The position numbers and the translations under genes are program-made. Of a stretch of 64,000 nucleotides of DNA, positions 1 through 10,120 are shown one piece after another. The number at the start of each line of letters is the position of its first letter. The stretch's first letter is position 1. The stretch is from Gemmatimonadota bacterium (GTDB lineage: Bacteria; Gemmatimonadota; Gemmatimonadetes; Gemmatimonadales; Gemmatimonadaceae), in NCBI GenBank assembly GCA_041691775.1, contig JBEPUB010000013.1, positions 11,913-75,912 of the forward strand, written 5' to 3'. The notes below the pieces were generated by a model. It was not told where the DNA came from, searched no databases, and was given only the letters and a program-made list of their open reading frames with translations.

Positions 1-282
1 ATCGTACCAGGGTCGCCGAACCATACCAGCGTAGAGCGGTGATTGCCCCATTTCCCAGATCCAGTGCAGTGGGAACGCGAGTACCGCGAGTGTCAACCAG
101 GGTTGTGCATCGCGGCGTACCGAACGGTCCAGATGTGCTCCTTTGCTGCGCCTTCCAGCGAGTAGTGCAAGTCGTGCCGGTACCTGGAAGAGTGCGAGTT
201 AGCTACGAGGGAAGCAAGCCCGATAGACTGCCCGCTCGGTCCCACTGGAACTTCCTACCCCAAGTCGGTACTATCAAAGGCC

Positions 283-681
283 ATGTTCACAGCTTCCAGG
301 CGCCGTTCAACGGTGTCCTCCATCCTCGCCACGCTCCTATCCGGCGTAATGGCCCTCCAGTTCATGCTGGCGGGTAGCGGGATGCTGTGCGCCATGTCGC
401 ATCGAGAGAGCATGGCCGGCATGCAGATGGGCCCGCGTACGGCCACCACGTTTGTGCAGCAGCTCACGGCGACCGGGACCGCAGCCGATCCGCCGTGTGA
501 CCGTGGTCATGGTGTTCCCATTCAATGCGTGAGCATGGCTGCCTGCGCACCGAGCGCACTTCCGAGTACGGCTCCCGTCGTGCCCGGCGCGCTGCGTGTG
601 CCATCGGTCGTTGTGTCAGCGCCTGCCGTAACATTTTTCTCGCACACGTCAGCTCCAGAGCTCCCGCCTCCACGGGCATAG
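283..681 (+). CDS. small Cys/Met/His-rich hypothetical protein upstream of the cus-type efflux genes; possible metal-binding accessory
   Basis: 132-aa ORF on the same strand, 140 nt upstream of cusC. It has an N-terminal hydrophobic segment (ILATLLSGVMALQFMLAG) and clustered C/M/H residues (CAMSHRESMAGMQM, PPCDRGHG, QCVSMAAC). I cannot assign a family by eye. Confidence 0.3.
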   Translation: MFTASRRRSTVSSILATLLSGVMALQFMLAGSGMLCAMSHRESMAGMQMGPRTATTFVQQLTATGTAADPPCDRGHGVPIQCVSMAACAPSALPSTAPVVPGALRVPSVVVSAPAVTFFSHTSAPELPPPRA

Positions 682-698
682 TCAGACCTCTGTAACGC

Positions 699-752
699 AC
701 GGCTAAATCCCGTAGCCGTTCACAGGTCGCCTGGGCGCTTCATGCGCCAGGC
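699..752 (+). promoter_or_regulatory. two consecutive stem-loops in the leader between the small ORF and cusC
   Basis: ACGGCTA-aatcccg-TAGCCGT (699-719) is a perfect 7-bp stem. GCCTGGgCGC-ttcat-GCGCCAGGC (729-752) is a 9-bp stem with one bulge. Confidence 0.3.
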
Positions 753-821
753 AGGATCGACAGTGCAGCGCCGCCACGCCTGGCGGTTCGGTTGCCATCC
801 CGGACTTTACTCGAAGGACAC

Positions 822-2276
822 ATGTATCTCGAAATTTGCGTGCACAAAGCGCGTGCAGCACGGTGCAATGTTGCGGCGGTATTCCTCACCCTGTTGTTGT
901 TGCTGCTGCTAATAGCTCCGCACGAGGCTCGCGGGCAAGCCGCACTAAACGTTCTGCCGCAGCCCCATCACGCACAACCCGCCACCTCGGCGGATAGTCG
1001 TGCGTCTCAGTCGCCGCCGTCCGATGAAGGCACGCTGGATTCGCTTGTCGCGTTGGCCCTCAGGTCAAACCCATCCATCCGAGCCGCTGCGAGTCGCGCA
1101 ATGGCCACTCATGCCGGGATCGCACCGGCAGGAGCCAGACCCGACCCGATGCTCATGGCGGGTATCCAAAACTTCCCGATCTCGTCGCCCGGCTTCTCTG
1201 CCGAGATGACAATGAAGATGGTGGGCGTCTCACAGACGTTCCCGTATCCGGGAAAGCTCGGCCTCGAAACCCGTGTGGCCGAGTACCGGTCCGACGCGGC
1301 AAGCGACCAGCTCGCACAGACCAAACTCGACGTCGTACGGGATGTGCGGGAAGCCTACTACGACCTCGTGTTCGCCGACAGGGCACTTGAGATTGTGCAG
1401 CGCAACGCCGGCCTATTGCAGTCGCTCGTCTCTGTGAGCCAGGCGCAATACACGACCGGAAGAGGCACTCAGTCCGATGTGCTGCGGGCACGCACCGAAG
1501 CAGTGCGTGTGAACGTGGAAGCGAGCCAGCTCACGGTACAGCATCGAACGGCGCTCGCGCAGCTCAACGCACTGCTGGATCGAGCGAGTGACGTTCCGGT
1601 GAACCATCTTGCCATTGCCGCGCGCCTACGCCGCGCAGCGGTAGCCGATTCGGCGGACCAGGTGCACTTCGCCTCCACTGCACTGGGAGCGCCTGCTGCC
1701 GATTCTCCGCTCCTCCCGCTCGATTCGCTGCAGGCGCTTGCGGTGATCCACAATCCTCAGCTCCGCGCTCAGGAAGCCGCGATTGCGGCGCAGAGTGCGC
1801 GCGTGGCGCTGGCGCGCAAGGCAACGCTGCCGGACATCAACGTGGCGCTCTCGTACGGGCAGCGGCAGAACCTGAGCGACATGGTGTCGGCAACTGTGTC
1901 GATCCCCATCCCGTTGCAGCGGGGACGAAAGCAGTACGCTGAGGTGGCTGCCGCGAACGCAGACCTGACGGCGTTCGAAGCCACTCGGCAAGCCCTGGCC
2001 AACACGATCCGAGCCGACATCGCCAGGCGCATTGGAGACACCGGGCAGGCGCGGACGGAGCTGGCGCTCTACAAGCGTGCGATTCTCCCGCAGGCACAGG
2101 CTACGTTCGCATCCGCCACGGCAAGTTACCAGGTGGGCCGCGTGGACTTCACGTCAGTGGTCGACGCACAGGCAGCTGTGTTCAACTACGAGACCGCGTA
2201 CTGGAGATCGCTCACCAACTTCGCCAAGGCAATCGCCGAGCTCGAGCGAATCGTGGGCGCTGAGGTGCTTCGATGA
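822..2276 (+). CDS. cusC: outer-membrane efflux factor, TolC/CusC-CzcC family
   Basis: ORF 792..2276. I prefer the ATG at 822, which is preceded by GAAGGA. It has a signal-like N-terminus (VFLTLLLLLLLIAPHEARG) and two OEP-type repeats. Its stop overlaps the adaptor start (ATGA at 2273-2276). Confidence 0.8.
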   Translation: MYLEICVHKARAARCNVAAVFLTLLLLLLLIAPHEARGQAALNVLPQPHHAQPATSADSRASQSPPSDEGTLDSLVALALRSNPSIRAAASRAMATHAGIAPAGARPDPMLMAGIQNFPISSPGFSAEMTMKMVGVSQTFPYPGKLGLETRVAEYRSDAASDQLAQTKLDVVRDVREAYYDLVFADRALEIVQRNAGLLQSLVSVSQAQYTTGRGTQSDVLRARTEAVRVNVEASQLTVQHRTALAQLNALLDRASDVPVNHLAIAARLRRAAVADSADQVHFASTALGAPAADSPLLPLDSLQALAVIHNPQLRAQEAAIAAQSARVALARKATLPDINVALSYGQRQNLSDMVSATVSIPIPLQRGRKQYAEVAAANADLTAFEATRQALANTIRADIARRIGDTGQARTELALYKRAILPQAQATFASATASYQVGRVDFTSVVDAQAAVFNYETAYWRSLTNFAKAIAELERIVGAEVLR

Positions 2277-3610
2277 ACGCCAACCTCAACACAAACATGA
2301 ACACGAATATGCGGCGACCGATTGTTGTTGGCGTGGCGACCGTGCTACTCGCACTCCTCGCTTTTCTTGGGTGGGCAGTCGTGTCGCATCGCTCCAGCGC
2401 CACCGCTGCGATGCCGACCGACGGCAAGGCCACTACTTCCAGTACGGCCGGTATGACTGGTATGACCGCCGCGCAGGACGGTTCTGTTCAGCTGACGGCT
2501 TCGCAGATTCGCCAGTTCGGTGTGACTTTCGGCACGGCAGCGAACCGCCGACTTACGAGTGACACCAGGACGGCCGGCGTGGTCACGTTCGACGAGACGA
2601 AGATGGCGCAGGTCGCACCCAAGTTCGGTGGTTTCGTCGAGCGGCTCTTCGTCAATTCCACGGGCCAGCAAGTGCGGCGCGGTCAACCGATGCTGACCAT
2701 CTACTCACCGGAGCTCGTTGCAGCACAAGAAGAGCTGCTGCTCGCCGCAAAACTTGATAGCAGCATTGGCAAGAGCAGTGTACCGGGCGCCACACGTGGA
2801 TCAGTCGACCTTGCAGATGCGTCCCGGCGCCGGCTCCAGCTCTGGGATATCTCGAACGCACAGATCGACGATATTCTGCGAACGGGTCAGGTGCGCCGCA
2901 CCTTGACGTTGTACGCGCCAGTTTCGGGCATCGTCGTCGACAAGAAGGTGCTGCAGGGACAGGCGATCACGTCCGGTGAGGAACTGTACACGATCGCGGA
3001 CCTGTCGGTCGTGTGGGTCGACGCCGAGTTACGCGAGGCCGATGCTGCGAATGTGCGCGTAGGCTCAGCCGTCGGCATCCAGTTTACGGGACTGCCCGGC
3101 CGGCAGTACCGAGGCACGGTTGCATACGTATATCCGACGCTGCAACAGGAAGCACGTACGGTTAAAGCGCGAATCGTCATCTCGAACGCGGACGGTGTGC
3201 TCAAGCCCGGGATGTACGGTACAGTCCAGGTAACAACTCCCAGTCGTTCGGCCCTCACCGTTCCCAGTTCCGCAATTCTTCGCACGGGGGATCGCAACGT
3301 AGTCTTCGTTGACATGGGCAGCGGCCAACTGACACCACATGACGTCGAACTCGGAAGTGCAGCGGGCGACTACACGGAAATTCTCTCTGGGCTCTCCTCC
3401 GGGCAGCGCGTCGTCACTTCCGCGCAGTTTCTCCTCGACTCCGAATCGAACCTGGGCGACGTGATGAAGAGCATGATCGCGAACCAGGGCGCCGGGGACA
3501 AGAGTTCTGGAAGCCCGGCCGGCATGAAGATGGGTGCGGACAACCCGCCGCCAGCACCAAAACCGTCGCCGAACTCAGCGGTTAAGTCTGTATCAAAGCC
3601 GCGGAGGTAG
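2273..3610 (+). CDS. cusB: RND periplasmic adaptor, CusB/HlyD family
   Basis: 445 aa with an N-terminal TM segment and a Met-rich stretch (TAGMTGMTAAQ). It has a typical MFP barrel-sandwich/beta-barrel sequence (LYAPVSGIVVDKKVLQGQAI..) and lies between the OMF and the RND pump. Confidence 0.85.
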   Translation: MNANLNTNMNTNMRRPIVVGVATVLLALLAFLGWAVVSHRSSATAAMPTDGKATTSSTAGMTGMTAAQDGSVQLTASQIRQFGVTFGTAANRRLTSDTRTAGVVTFDETKMAQVAPKFGGFVERLFVNSTGQQVRRGQPMLTIYSPELVAAQEELLLAAKLDSSIGKSSVPGATRGSVDLADASRRRLQLWDISNAQIDDILRTGQVRRTLTLYAPVSGIVVDKKVLQGQAITSGEELYTIADLSVVWVDAELREADAANVRVGSAVGIQFTGLPGRQYRGTVAYVYPTLQQEARTVKARIVISNADGVLKPGMYGTVQVTTPSRSALTVPSSAILRTGDRNVVFVDMGSGQLTPHDVELGSAAGDYTEILSGLSSGQRVVTSAQFLLDSESNLGDVMKSMIANQGAGDKSSGSPAGMKMGADNPPPAPKPSPNSAVKSVSKPRR

Positions 3611-3614
3611 GACG

Positions 3615-6600
3615 ATGCTCAAGCGAATCATCGAGTGGTCTGTCGATCACAAGTTCATCGTCCTTCTCGGAACGTTCGCGCTTGTAATCGCCGGCGTCTG
3701 GGCGATGTTCAAGACACCGGTGGATGCGATTCCGGATCTCTCGGACGTTCAGGTCATCGTGATGACGGAATGGCCCGGACAGGCACCGCAAACGGTGGAG
3801 GATCAGGTCACTTATCCTCTCTCGACCGAGATGCTCAAGGTACCGCACGCCAAGTTCGTGCGCGGCATGAGTCAGTTCGGTCTGTCAGCGGTCTACGTTG
3901 TATTCGAGGACGGCACGGATCTGTACTGGGCGCGGAGTCGCGTGCTGGAATACCTGAATAGTGTTCGCAGCAAACTTCCCGGGAACGCGACCACAACGAT
4001 GGGCCCGGACGCGACAGGGGTCGGCTGGGTGATGCAGTACATCCTCGCTGACACGAGCGGCACTCTCAACCTGGCGCAGCTACGCGGGTTGCAGGACTTT
4101 ACCGTGCGTCCTGCACTCACCGCGGTGCCAGGTGTGGCTGAGATCGCATCCCTTGGGGGATATGATAAGCAGTATCAGGTCGACGTCGATCCCGCGAAAC
4201 TACTCGCGTACAACATCTCGATCTCGAAGGTGAGCCAGGCTGTTCGCGCGTCGAACGAGGACGTCGGTGGACGAGTGATCGAGATGGGCGGCTCGGAATA
4301 CGTCGTGCGCGGCCGCGGGCGATTCACGAGTCTCGACGACATCAGGAGTGTGGCCATCGGTACGGGGCCGGGCGGCGCACCTGTTACGGTTGGCGACGTT
4401 GCCAATGTGCAGTTCGGACCAGAGATCCGGCGCGGTATCACTGACCTCGACGGCAAGGGCGAGATAGTGACGGGTTGGGTCATCATGCGCTACGGTGGTA
4501 ACCCGCTCGACGTGATTAATGGCGTCAAGTCAAAAATGGCGGAGCTGCAGAAGGCACTTCCCAAGGGTGTTGTCTTCGTCGACGGTTATGATCGCTCCAA
4601 TCTCATCGAGAGCGCAATCGCAACTCTTCGCAGCAAGCTCGTCGAGGAGTCGATCATAGTTGCGGCTGTGACGCTGCTATTCTTGTTGGACCTGCCCAGT
4701 GCACTGGTCGCGATCCTGACGCTCCCAGTTGGAATCCTCATGGCGCTGTTGGCGATGCACCTCTTGGGGTTGAGTGCGAACATAATGAGCCTGGGTGGCA
4801 TCGCCATCGCGATCGGTGCGATGATTGACGCGGCGATAGTGATGGTGGAGAACATGCACAAGCACATTGAGCGAAACGAGCGGGCGGGTAATCCCCAAAC
4901 TCACTGGGAGCTGGTGATCGACTCCGCTAAGGAAGTGGGGCCATCGCTCTTCGTCTCGCTTCTCATCATCACGGTCTCGTTCATTCCCGTGTTCGCGCTG
5001 CAGGATCAGGAAGGACGCCTGTTCAAACCGCTCGCGTGGACCAAGACGCTCGCGATGGCGTCGGCTTCGTTGCTGGCGATCACGTTGGTGCCCGTGATGA
5101 TGGGACTCTTCATCCGGGGCAACGTGAAACCCGAGTCGGCCAATCCGATCAATCGGTTTCTGATTCGGGTGTACCGGCCTGTCATCCACTTCGTGCTCAG
5201 GCATCGCTGGCCGACGATCATCGCGGCGTGTGCCGTGCTGGTCGCGACCATCTTTCCGTGGTCACACATAGGAAGCGAGTTCATGCCGCCCCTGAATGAA
5301 GGATCGATCATGGACATGCCGTCCCTCTTCCCGGGTGTTGGGAGTGAGCAGGCCAAGCTGATTCTCACACAGCGTGACGCGGCGCTCGCAGCGATTCCGG
5401 AAGTGAAGTTTGTGTTGGGCAAGATCGGTCGCGCAGAGACCGCAACCGACATGGCGCCGATGTCGATGATCGAAACCATAGCAATCCTGAAGGACAAAAA
5501 GGATTGGCGCCCAGGTGTGAGCTACGACTCCATCGTAGCTCAGGCTAACGCCACCGTGAAGACACCCGGGGTCGGCAACATGTGGTCCATGCCGATCAAG
5601 AACAGAACTGACATGCTGGCGACCGGTATCAAGACGCCAGTCGGAATCAAGATTTTCGGGCCGAACTTGGATACACTGGATCAGATCGGCAAGAAGATCG
5701 AAGGGATTCTGCCCGCAGTGGCAGGGACGAATACGGTCTTTGCCGAGCGCGCCGTGGGCGGCAAGTATCTGGATGTCAGCATTGATCGGGACGCAGCCGC
5801 GCGATACGGACTCACGAGTGACGACGTGCAGATGGCATTGAGCACCGCCGTCGGTGGCTCGGACGCGGGTCAGGTGATTGATGGTCGCGAGCGCTACAGC
5901 GTGCTCGTACGATATCCGCGCGCGTTGCGCGACAATCCGGACCAGGTTGGCGACGTATTGGTAGCGACACCGTCGGGCGCGCAGGTAGCGCTCCGCGAAC
6001 TCGCCCGCATCCGGGTTGTGAAGGGTCCCACGCTGATCAAGTCCGAGAACGCCTACCTCAACAACATCGTGTACGTAGATGTCGAGGGCCGCGACATTGG
6101 GAGTTATGTTGGTGATGCTAAGAAACTGCTTGAAGACAAGCTCATACTGCCTACAGGCTATCGGCTCGAATGGTCTGGACAATACGAATCACTTGAGCGT
6201 GCGAACAGGAAGCTCAAGGTCGTAGTACCGATCACGCTGGCGATCATCTTTGGCTTGCTCTTCTTCAACTTTAGAAGTGTCACAGAAAGCGCGATCGTGA
6301 TGCTGTCGCTCCCATTTGCGCTCGTTGGTGGGATCTGGCTCATGTGGCTGCTGCATTACAGTATGAGCGTCGCTGTCGCGATCGGGTTCATTGCGTTGGC
6401 CGGTGTCGCTTCCGAAACGGGGGTAATCATGCTCATCTATCTGGACCAGGCGTATCACGCATGCGGCGAGCGTGATGAACTGCGTAATCGGTCCGACGTG
6501 GACGCCGCCGTCGAACGCGGCGCGGTGGGTCGGGTACGTCCCAAGATTATGACGGTGGTGGCGATTATGGCTGGCCTGATTCCAATTCTCTGGAGTCAGG

Positions 6601-6797
6601 GCACGGGCGCCGACGTGATGAAACGCATTGCTGCGCCGATGGTAGGTGGCATGCTCACCAGTGCGACGCTCACTCTCGTTGTGATCCCCGCCGTCTACTC
6701 GCTGTGGAAGGAGCGGGAGGTCTGGCGCCGCATTCGTCTGAGCCCGAGTGACCCAGAGCGAAGTGAAGACCATCGCGTAACCAGGGGGACAACATGA
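3615..6797 (+). CDS. cusA: heavy-metal efflux RND pump, CusA type (Cu(I)/Ag(I))
   Basis: The ORF starts at 3534, but homology begins at MLKRIIEWSV (ATG 3615). There is strong CusA-like sequence (TPVDAIPDLSDVQVIVMTEWPGQAPQTVEDQVTYPL, FEDGTDLYWARSRVLEYLN). The three Met residues that align with the CusA Met triad are present (IMDMPS, SMIET, TDMLATG). Confidence 0.9.
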   Translation: MLKRIIEWSVDHKFIVLLGTFALVIAGVWAMFKTPVDAIPDLSDVQVIVMTEWPGQAPQTVEDQVTYPLSTEMLKVPHAKFVRGMSQFGLSAVYVVFEDGTDLYWARSRVLEYLNSVRSKLPGNATTTMGPDATGVGWVMQYILADTSGTLNLAQLRGLQDFTVRPALTAVPGVAEIASLGGYDKQYQVDVDPAKLLAYNISISKVSQAVRASNEDVGGRVIEMGGSEYVVRGRGRFTSLDDIRSVAIGTGPGGAPVTVGDVANVQFGPEIRRGITDLDGKGEIVTGWVIMRYGGNPLDVINGVKSKMAELQKALPKGVVFVDGYDRSNLIESAIATLRSKLVEESIIVAAVTLLFLLDLPSALVAILTLPVGILMALLAMHLLGLSANIMSLGGIAIAIGAMIDAAIVMVENMHKHIERNERAGNPQTHWELVIDSAKEVGPSLFVSLLIITVSFIPVFALQDQEGRLFKPLAWTKTLAMASASLLAITLVPVMMGLFIRGNVKPESANPINRFLIRVYRPVIHFVLRHRWPTIIAACAVLVATIFPWSHIGSEFMPPLNEGSIMDMPSLFPGVGSEQAKLILTQRDAALAAIPEVKFVLGKIGRAETATDMAPMSMIETIAILKDKKDWRPGVSYDSIVAQANATVKTPGVGNMWSMPIKNRTDMLATGIKTPVGIKIFGPNLDTLDQIGKKIEGILPAVAGTNTVFAERAVGGKYLDVSIDRDAAARYGLTSDDVQMALSTAVGGSDAGQVIDGRERYSVLVRYPRALRDNPDQVGDVLVATPSGAQVALRELARIRVVKGPTLIKSENAYLNNIVYVDVEGRDIGSYVGDAKKLLEDKLILPTGYRLEWSGQYESLERANRKLKVVVPITLAIIFGLLFFNFRSVTESAIVMLSLPFALVGGIWLMWLLHYSMSVAVAIGFIALAGVASETGVIMLIYLDQAYHACGERDELRNRSDVDAAVERGAVGRVRPKIMTVVAIMAGLIPILWSQGTGADVMKRIAAPMVGGMLTSATLTLVVIPAVYSLWKEREVWRRIRLSPSDPERSEDHRVTRGTT

Positions 6798-7038
6798 AGC
6801 CATTGCTAAATCGCTTGCCCGTGATCACTGGCGCCAAGGCGTCACAGTATGAACTGCTGATGCGAGCCGCTCATATGCGCTTGGCTAGCCTGGTGGTGCG
6901 TACGCGGATGTGAGAAGCTGTACTTGCTTCAGCGCGCATTAACTACGAAGATCAATGTGGAGACGGCAGGCAGGACGACAGAGCCGCCGCAGTACCTTGT
7001 AGCCGCCCAGAAGGAATAAGCCCCAGTGGTGCCCGCTA

Positions 7039-8448
7039 TCAGTCCGTTCTCTCGGGCAGCGGGTTGTGCCAGCCTCCCGAGCGTGCGATCAGCGCGTCAG
7101 CCGCCTTGGGACCCCAGGTTCCCTTGCGGTACGGTAGCGCGTGCGGGTGCTTCGTCAGGACCGGGTCGACTGCGGCCCATGCGGCCTCGACAGCGTCCTC
7201 CCGGCTGAACAACGCCCCGTCACCGATCATGGCGTCGCTCAACAGACGCTCGTACGGTTCCTCGGCTCCAGACAGCTCTTCGAGCAGGTAAAGTTCCCGC
7301 AGGTCGCCGAGGAATTCCTTTCCGGGACGCTTGACCCGGGCGGCGATAGCGACGGCGGGATCCGGCGATATCCGGAACCGCACGTAGTCTCCCGGCCCGG
7401 CGCCCGGTGCCGCATCCGAGAACAGGGCGGTCGGTGGCGCCTTGAGCTCAACTCGAACCTCGGCGGCCGTCGTCGCGAGGCACTTGCCCGATCGCAGGTA
7501 CCACGGAACGCCCTGCCAGCGCCATGAATCGATGAACAGACGCACGGCGCAATAGGTCTCGACGTCGGAATTGCGGGCGACGTGCGGCGTCTTTCGGTAT
7601 CCCGCGTACTGGCCGCGCACCATGTCGCGCGACCTGAGCGGGCGCATCGCTTCGAACACCTTCGCCTTCTCGGCGTGAACGGATCCATAGCCCTGCTGGG
7701 CCGGTGGTTCCATCGCGAGCAGGGCCACAACCTGAAAGAGATGATTCTGGATCACGTCACGCAGGCAACCCGCGGTCTCGTAGAACGCGCCGCGGCTGCC
7801 CACGCCAAAGTGCTCGGCGACGGTGATCTGCACACTGGCGATGTAGTTCCGGTTCCACACCGGCTCGAACAAGGAATTGGCGAAGCGGAAGTAGAGGATG
7901 TTCATGATCGCCTCCTTCCCGAGATAGTGGTCAATGCGGAAGATGTCATTCTCGGGAAACGCGGCGTGGGCGATCGCGTTGAGCTTGCGCGCAGAGGCCA
8001 GGTCCCGGCCAAACGGCTTTTCGACGATGACACGCGCGTTATGCGCCAGACCGGAAGTGCCCAGGCCCTCGATCACCGTCCCGAACAGTTCCGGTGGAAT
8101 GGCGAGATAGTGCGCTGGGCGATGCGCGTTGCCCAACGCACTCTTGAGCGCGACGAATGTGGCTGGGTCTTTGTAGTCGCCGGCTACGTAACGGAGGAGC
8201 GCAAGCAGTCGCTTGAGCACCGTTCGGTCGACCTTGGCTCCGGACTGTCGGATACTGTCGGTCGCCCGTTGTCGCAATTCGGCCAGCGTCCACGGTGAAG
8301 ACGCCACGCCGATCACCGGCACCTTCAATGTGCCGTGCTTGACCATCGCGTACAGTGCGGGGAAGATCATCTTGTGAGCAAGGTCTCCCGTCACGCCAAA
8401 GAGCACCAGCGCGTCAGAAGGTAGAGCGGAGTCTTTCATCGGTGCCAT
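7039..8448 (-). CDS. zwf: glucose-6-phosphate dehydrogenase
   Basis: 469 aa with the NADP-binding motif [11 protein letters not shown] and the active-site motif RIDHYLGKE. Confidence 0.93.
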   Translation of the reverse strand: MAPMKDSALPSDALVLFGVTGDLAHKMIFPALYAMVKHGTLKVPVIGVASSPWTLAELRQRATDSIRQSGAKVDRTVLKRLLALLRYVAGDYKDPATFVALKSALGNAHRPAHYLAIPPELFGTVIEGLGTSGLAHNARVIVEKPFGRDLASARKLNAIAHAAFPENDIFRIDHYLGKEAIMNILYFRFANSLFEPVWNRNYIASVQITVAEHFGVGSRGAFYETAGCLRDVIQNHLFQVVALLAMEPPAQQGYGSVHAEKAKVFEAMRPLRSRDMVRGQYAGYRKTPHVARNSDVETYCAVRLFIDSWRWQGVPWYLRSGKCLATTAAEVRVELKAPPTALFSDAAPGAGPGDYVRFRISPDPAVAIAARVKRPGKEFLGDLRELYLLEELSGAEEPYERLLSDAMIGDGALFSREDAVEAAWAAVDPVLTKHPHALPYRKGTWGPKAADALIARSGGWHNPLPERTD

Positions 8449-8627
8449 TGCGAGTGTGTCGTTCGAGTCATTAGGTCGATCATCGTGTCTCCTCTCCGGG
8501 CGATGCGGCCGCGAGTGCCTCGCATCAACGCATTCCGCATGCCGGTATTAAGGTAAGCTCAAGAGGCGGTCGTCACGTGCGCTGTAGTTTCCTATGGCCC
8601 CAATCGTGCCCTTGCTTACCTCTGTTG

Positions 8628-9392
8628 ATGCTGAAACCAGCCGCCACTCGACCGATAGCCGCGCGAACGCAGACGGCGCGAACGAAGACGGCGCCGACTA
8701 AGCCCGACGGGCCCGGCACGTCGAGCCGGCCGATCGCGTTGGTGCTGATCGACGACAACCGGTTGCTGCGCGAAGGGATCACAGCGGTCATACGCTCGCA
8801 GACGGGATTCACGGTGCTAGCGGCATCGGCCGATGTCGAGGAGGCGCTCCGCAAGGTACGTGAGGCGAATCCCGATATTGTGTTGGTCGATTTCGGGTTG
8901 GCGAACCACGACAGTCTCCGCCTGACCGCGACCGTCCATCAGGAAGTGCCGGCGGCACGCGTTATCGTTATGGGTCTCTCGCCACTGCAGGACGATGTCG
9001 CGGCCTTCGTGCGCGCTGGTGCCTCCGGCTTCATCATGAAGGACGCATCGTTCGAGGACTTCTTCACCACCATCCGACGAGTAGCGGCTGGCGAAGAGGT
9101 GCTACCTGCAGTGCTGACCAATTCACTGTTCGCGCAGATCGCGAAGAACGCAGCCAGTGGAGACAAGGCACAGATTCTGGAATCAGTACGCCTGACCTCG
9201 CGCGAGCGCGAGGTCGTGGCCCTCCTGGGCGACGGCTTTAGCAACAAAGAAATCGCCAAGGAACTTCATATTGCGGTGCACACCGTCAAGAGCCATGTGC
9301 ACAACGTCCTGGAAAAGCTGGCGCTCCGCAGCCGGCTAGAGGTGGCGGCCTTCAGCCACAACTCACGCGATGTTGTCACTAATAAGCATTAG
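8628..9392 (+). CDS. NarL/FixJ-type response regulator (receiver + LuxR HTH); no adjacent histidine kinase
   Basis: Receiver domain (IALVLIDDN.., DIVLVDFGL) and LuxR HTH (LTSREREVVALLGDGFSNKEIAKELHIAVHTVKSHVHNVLEKL). The start is uncertain. ATG 8628 gives a 37-aa T/A/R/P-rich leader, while TTG 8739 or GTG 8742 would start directly at the receiver. Confidence 0.8.
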   Translation: MLKPAATRPIAARTQTARTKTAPTKPDGPGTSSRPIALVLIDDNRLLREGITAVIRSQTGFTVLAASADVEEALRKVREANPDIVLVDFGLANHDSLRLTATVHQEVPAARVIVMGLSPLQDDVAAFVRAGASGFIMKDASFEDFFTTIRRVAAGEEVLPAVLTNSLFAQIAKNAASGDKAQILESVRLTSREREVVALLGDGFSNKEIAKELHIAVHTVKSHVHNVLEKLALRSRLEVAAFSHNSRDVVTNKH

Positions 9393-9558
9393 CGATCGCA
9401 GGCATCAGGGTTCTGTACGACGCGTTCACCGCCAATAGGGTCGTCGGACCGGTGTTCAAAGCGGCGTGGCCGATCATCATGCTGTTCTTCTCCGTTATCG
9501 GCGCGATGGTCATCACGAGACTGTTCTCAGCCGGCGGCGATCCATGGCCCCGCTAACC

Positions 9559-9816
9559 TCAGTTCTTGTTGTTCCTCCCCCGTGCGACGATCCATGCCAC
9601 TAGCGCGACGATAACGACAACCAGGATCAGCATCCATGGTCCGCCATGCCCGCCCATCCAGCCGTAGCCATCGCCGCCTCCCATCATGCCGCGTCCCATC
9701 ATGCCGCCACCACTACCGTGGCGCTGGGCGGCTCCCGCGCAGGCCACCAGGGTCAGTGCGCCGATCGATACCGCGGCGCCGAACATCCTGCGAATGTCAA
9801 TGTGTTTCATGATCAT
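9559..9816 (-). CDS. small Gly/Met-rich membrane-anchored (lipo)protein
   Basis: The inner start MIMKHIDIRR gives a signal peptide with lipobox-like LVAC. This is followed by a GGGMMGRGMMGGGDGYGWMGGHGG tract and a C-terminal TM helix (WMLILVVVIVALVAWIVARG). The first 60 codons of the 147-aa ORF look non-coding. Confidence 0.45.
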   Translation of the reverse strand: MIMKHIDIRRMFGAAVSIGALTLVACAGAAQRHGSGGGMMGRGMMGGGDGYGWMGGHGGPWMLILVVVIVALVAWIVARGRNNKN

Positions 9817-10120
9817 GGTCCGTGGGATGGTGTCACGTTCACGAAAGCCGGGCTCACTTCTCGGCGTCGGCGGCCTGCGTGTGATAGCTCTGACGAATAT
9901 GGTATCGTACCCGATCACGCTTGCAAGCACCATCGCTCGAAAGAATGAGCGGAACCAGCGCGGCCAGAGCGACAAGAGCGTCATCATCTCAAGCTGGCTC
10001 ATGAGCGCTCCAGTGCGCTGCCGGCCGCTCCACTCATCCCTTTGAGCGATACCCGCGGCACGGTCGCACGCCTAGCTTGCATATGCCGCCCATCGCGGCG
10101 GCCATTCCATTGGAGGATTG

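Noticed and set aside
1-101. Open frame on the minus strand running off the left edge (..LTLAVLAFPLHWIWEMGQSPLYAGMVRRPWYD)
   Set aside because: Only about 34 codons are visible and the only candidate start is a TTG. I recognise no motif, so I cannot support a feature.
5262-6182. 306-aa ORF on the minus strand inside cusA. The same applies to 4677-5204, 6189-6803, 33975-34688, 35851-36456, 43687-44382, 45050-45718, 47213-47917, 52537-53256, 53377-53967 and 57072-57698.
   Set aside because: All are antisense or out of frame to genes with strong homology-type evidence. This is a GC-rich frame artefact.
9440-9556. Short plus-strand frame encoding a TM-like peptide (..FKAAWPIIMLFFSVIGAMVITRLFSAGGDPWPR*)
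   Set aside because: It has no convincing start (only an internal GTG or ATG giving 25-34 aa). It may be a gene remnant.
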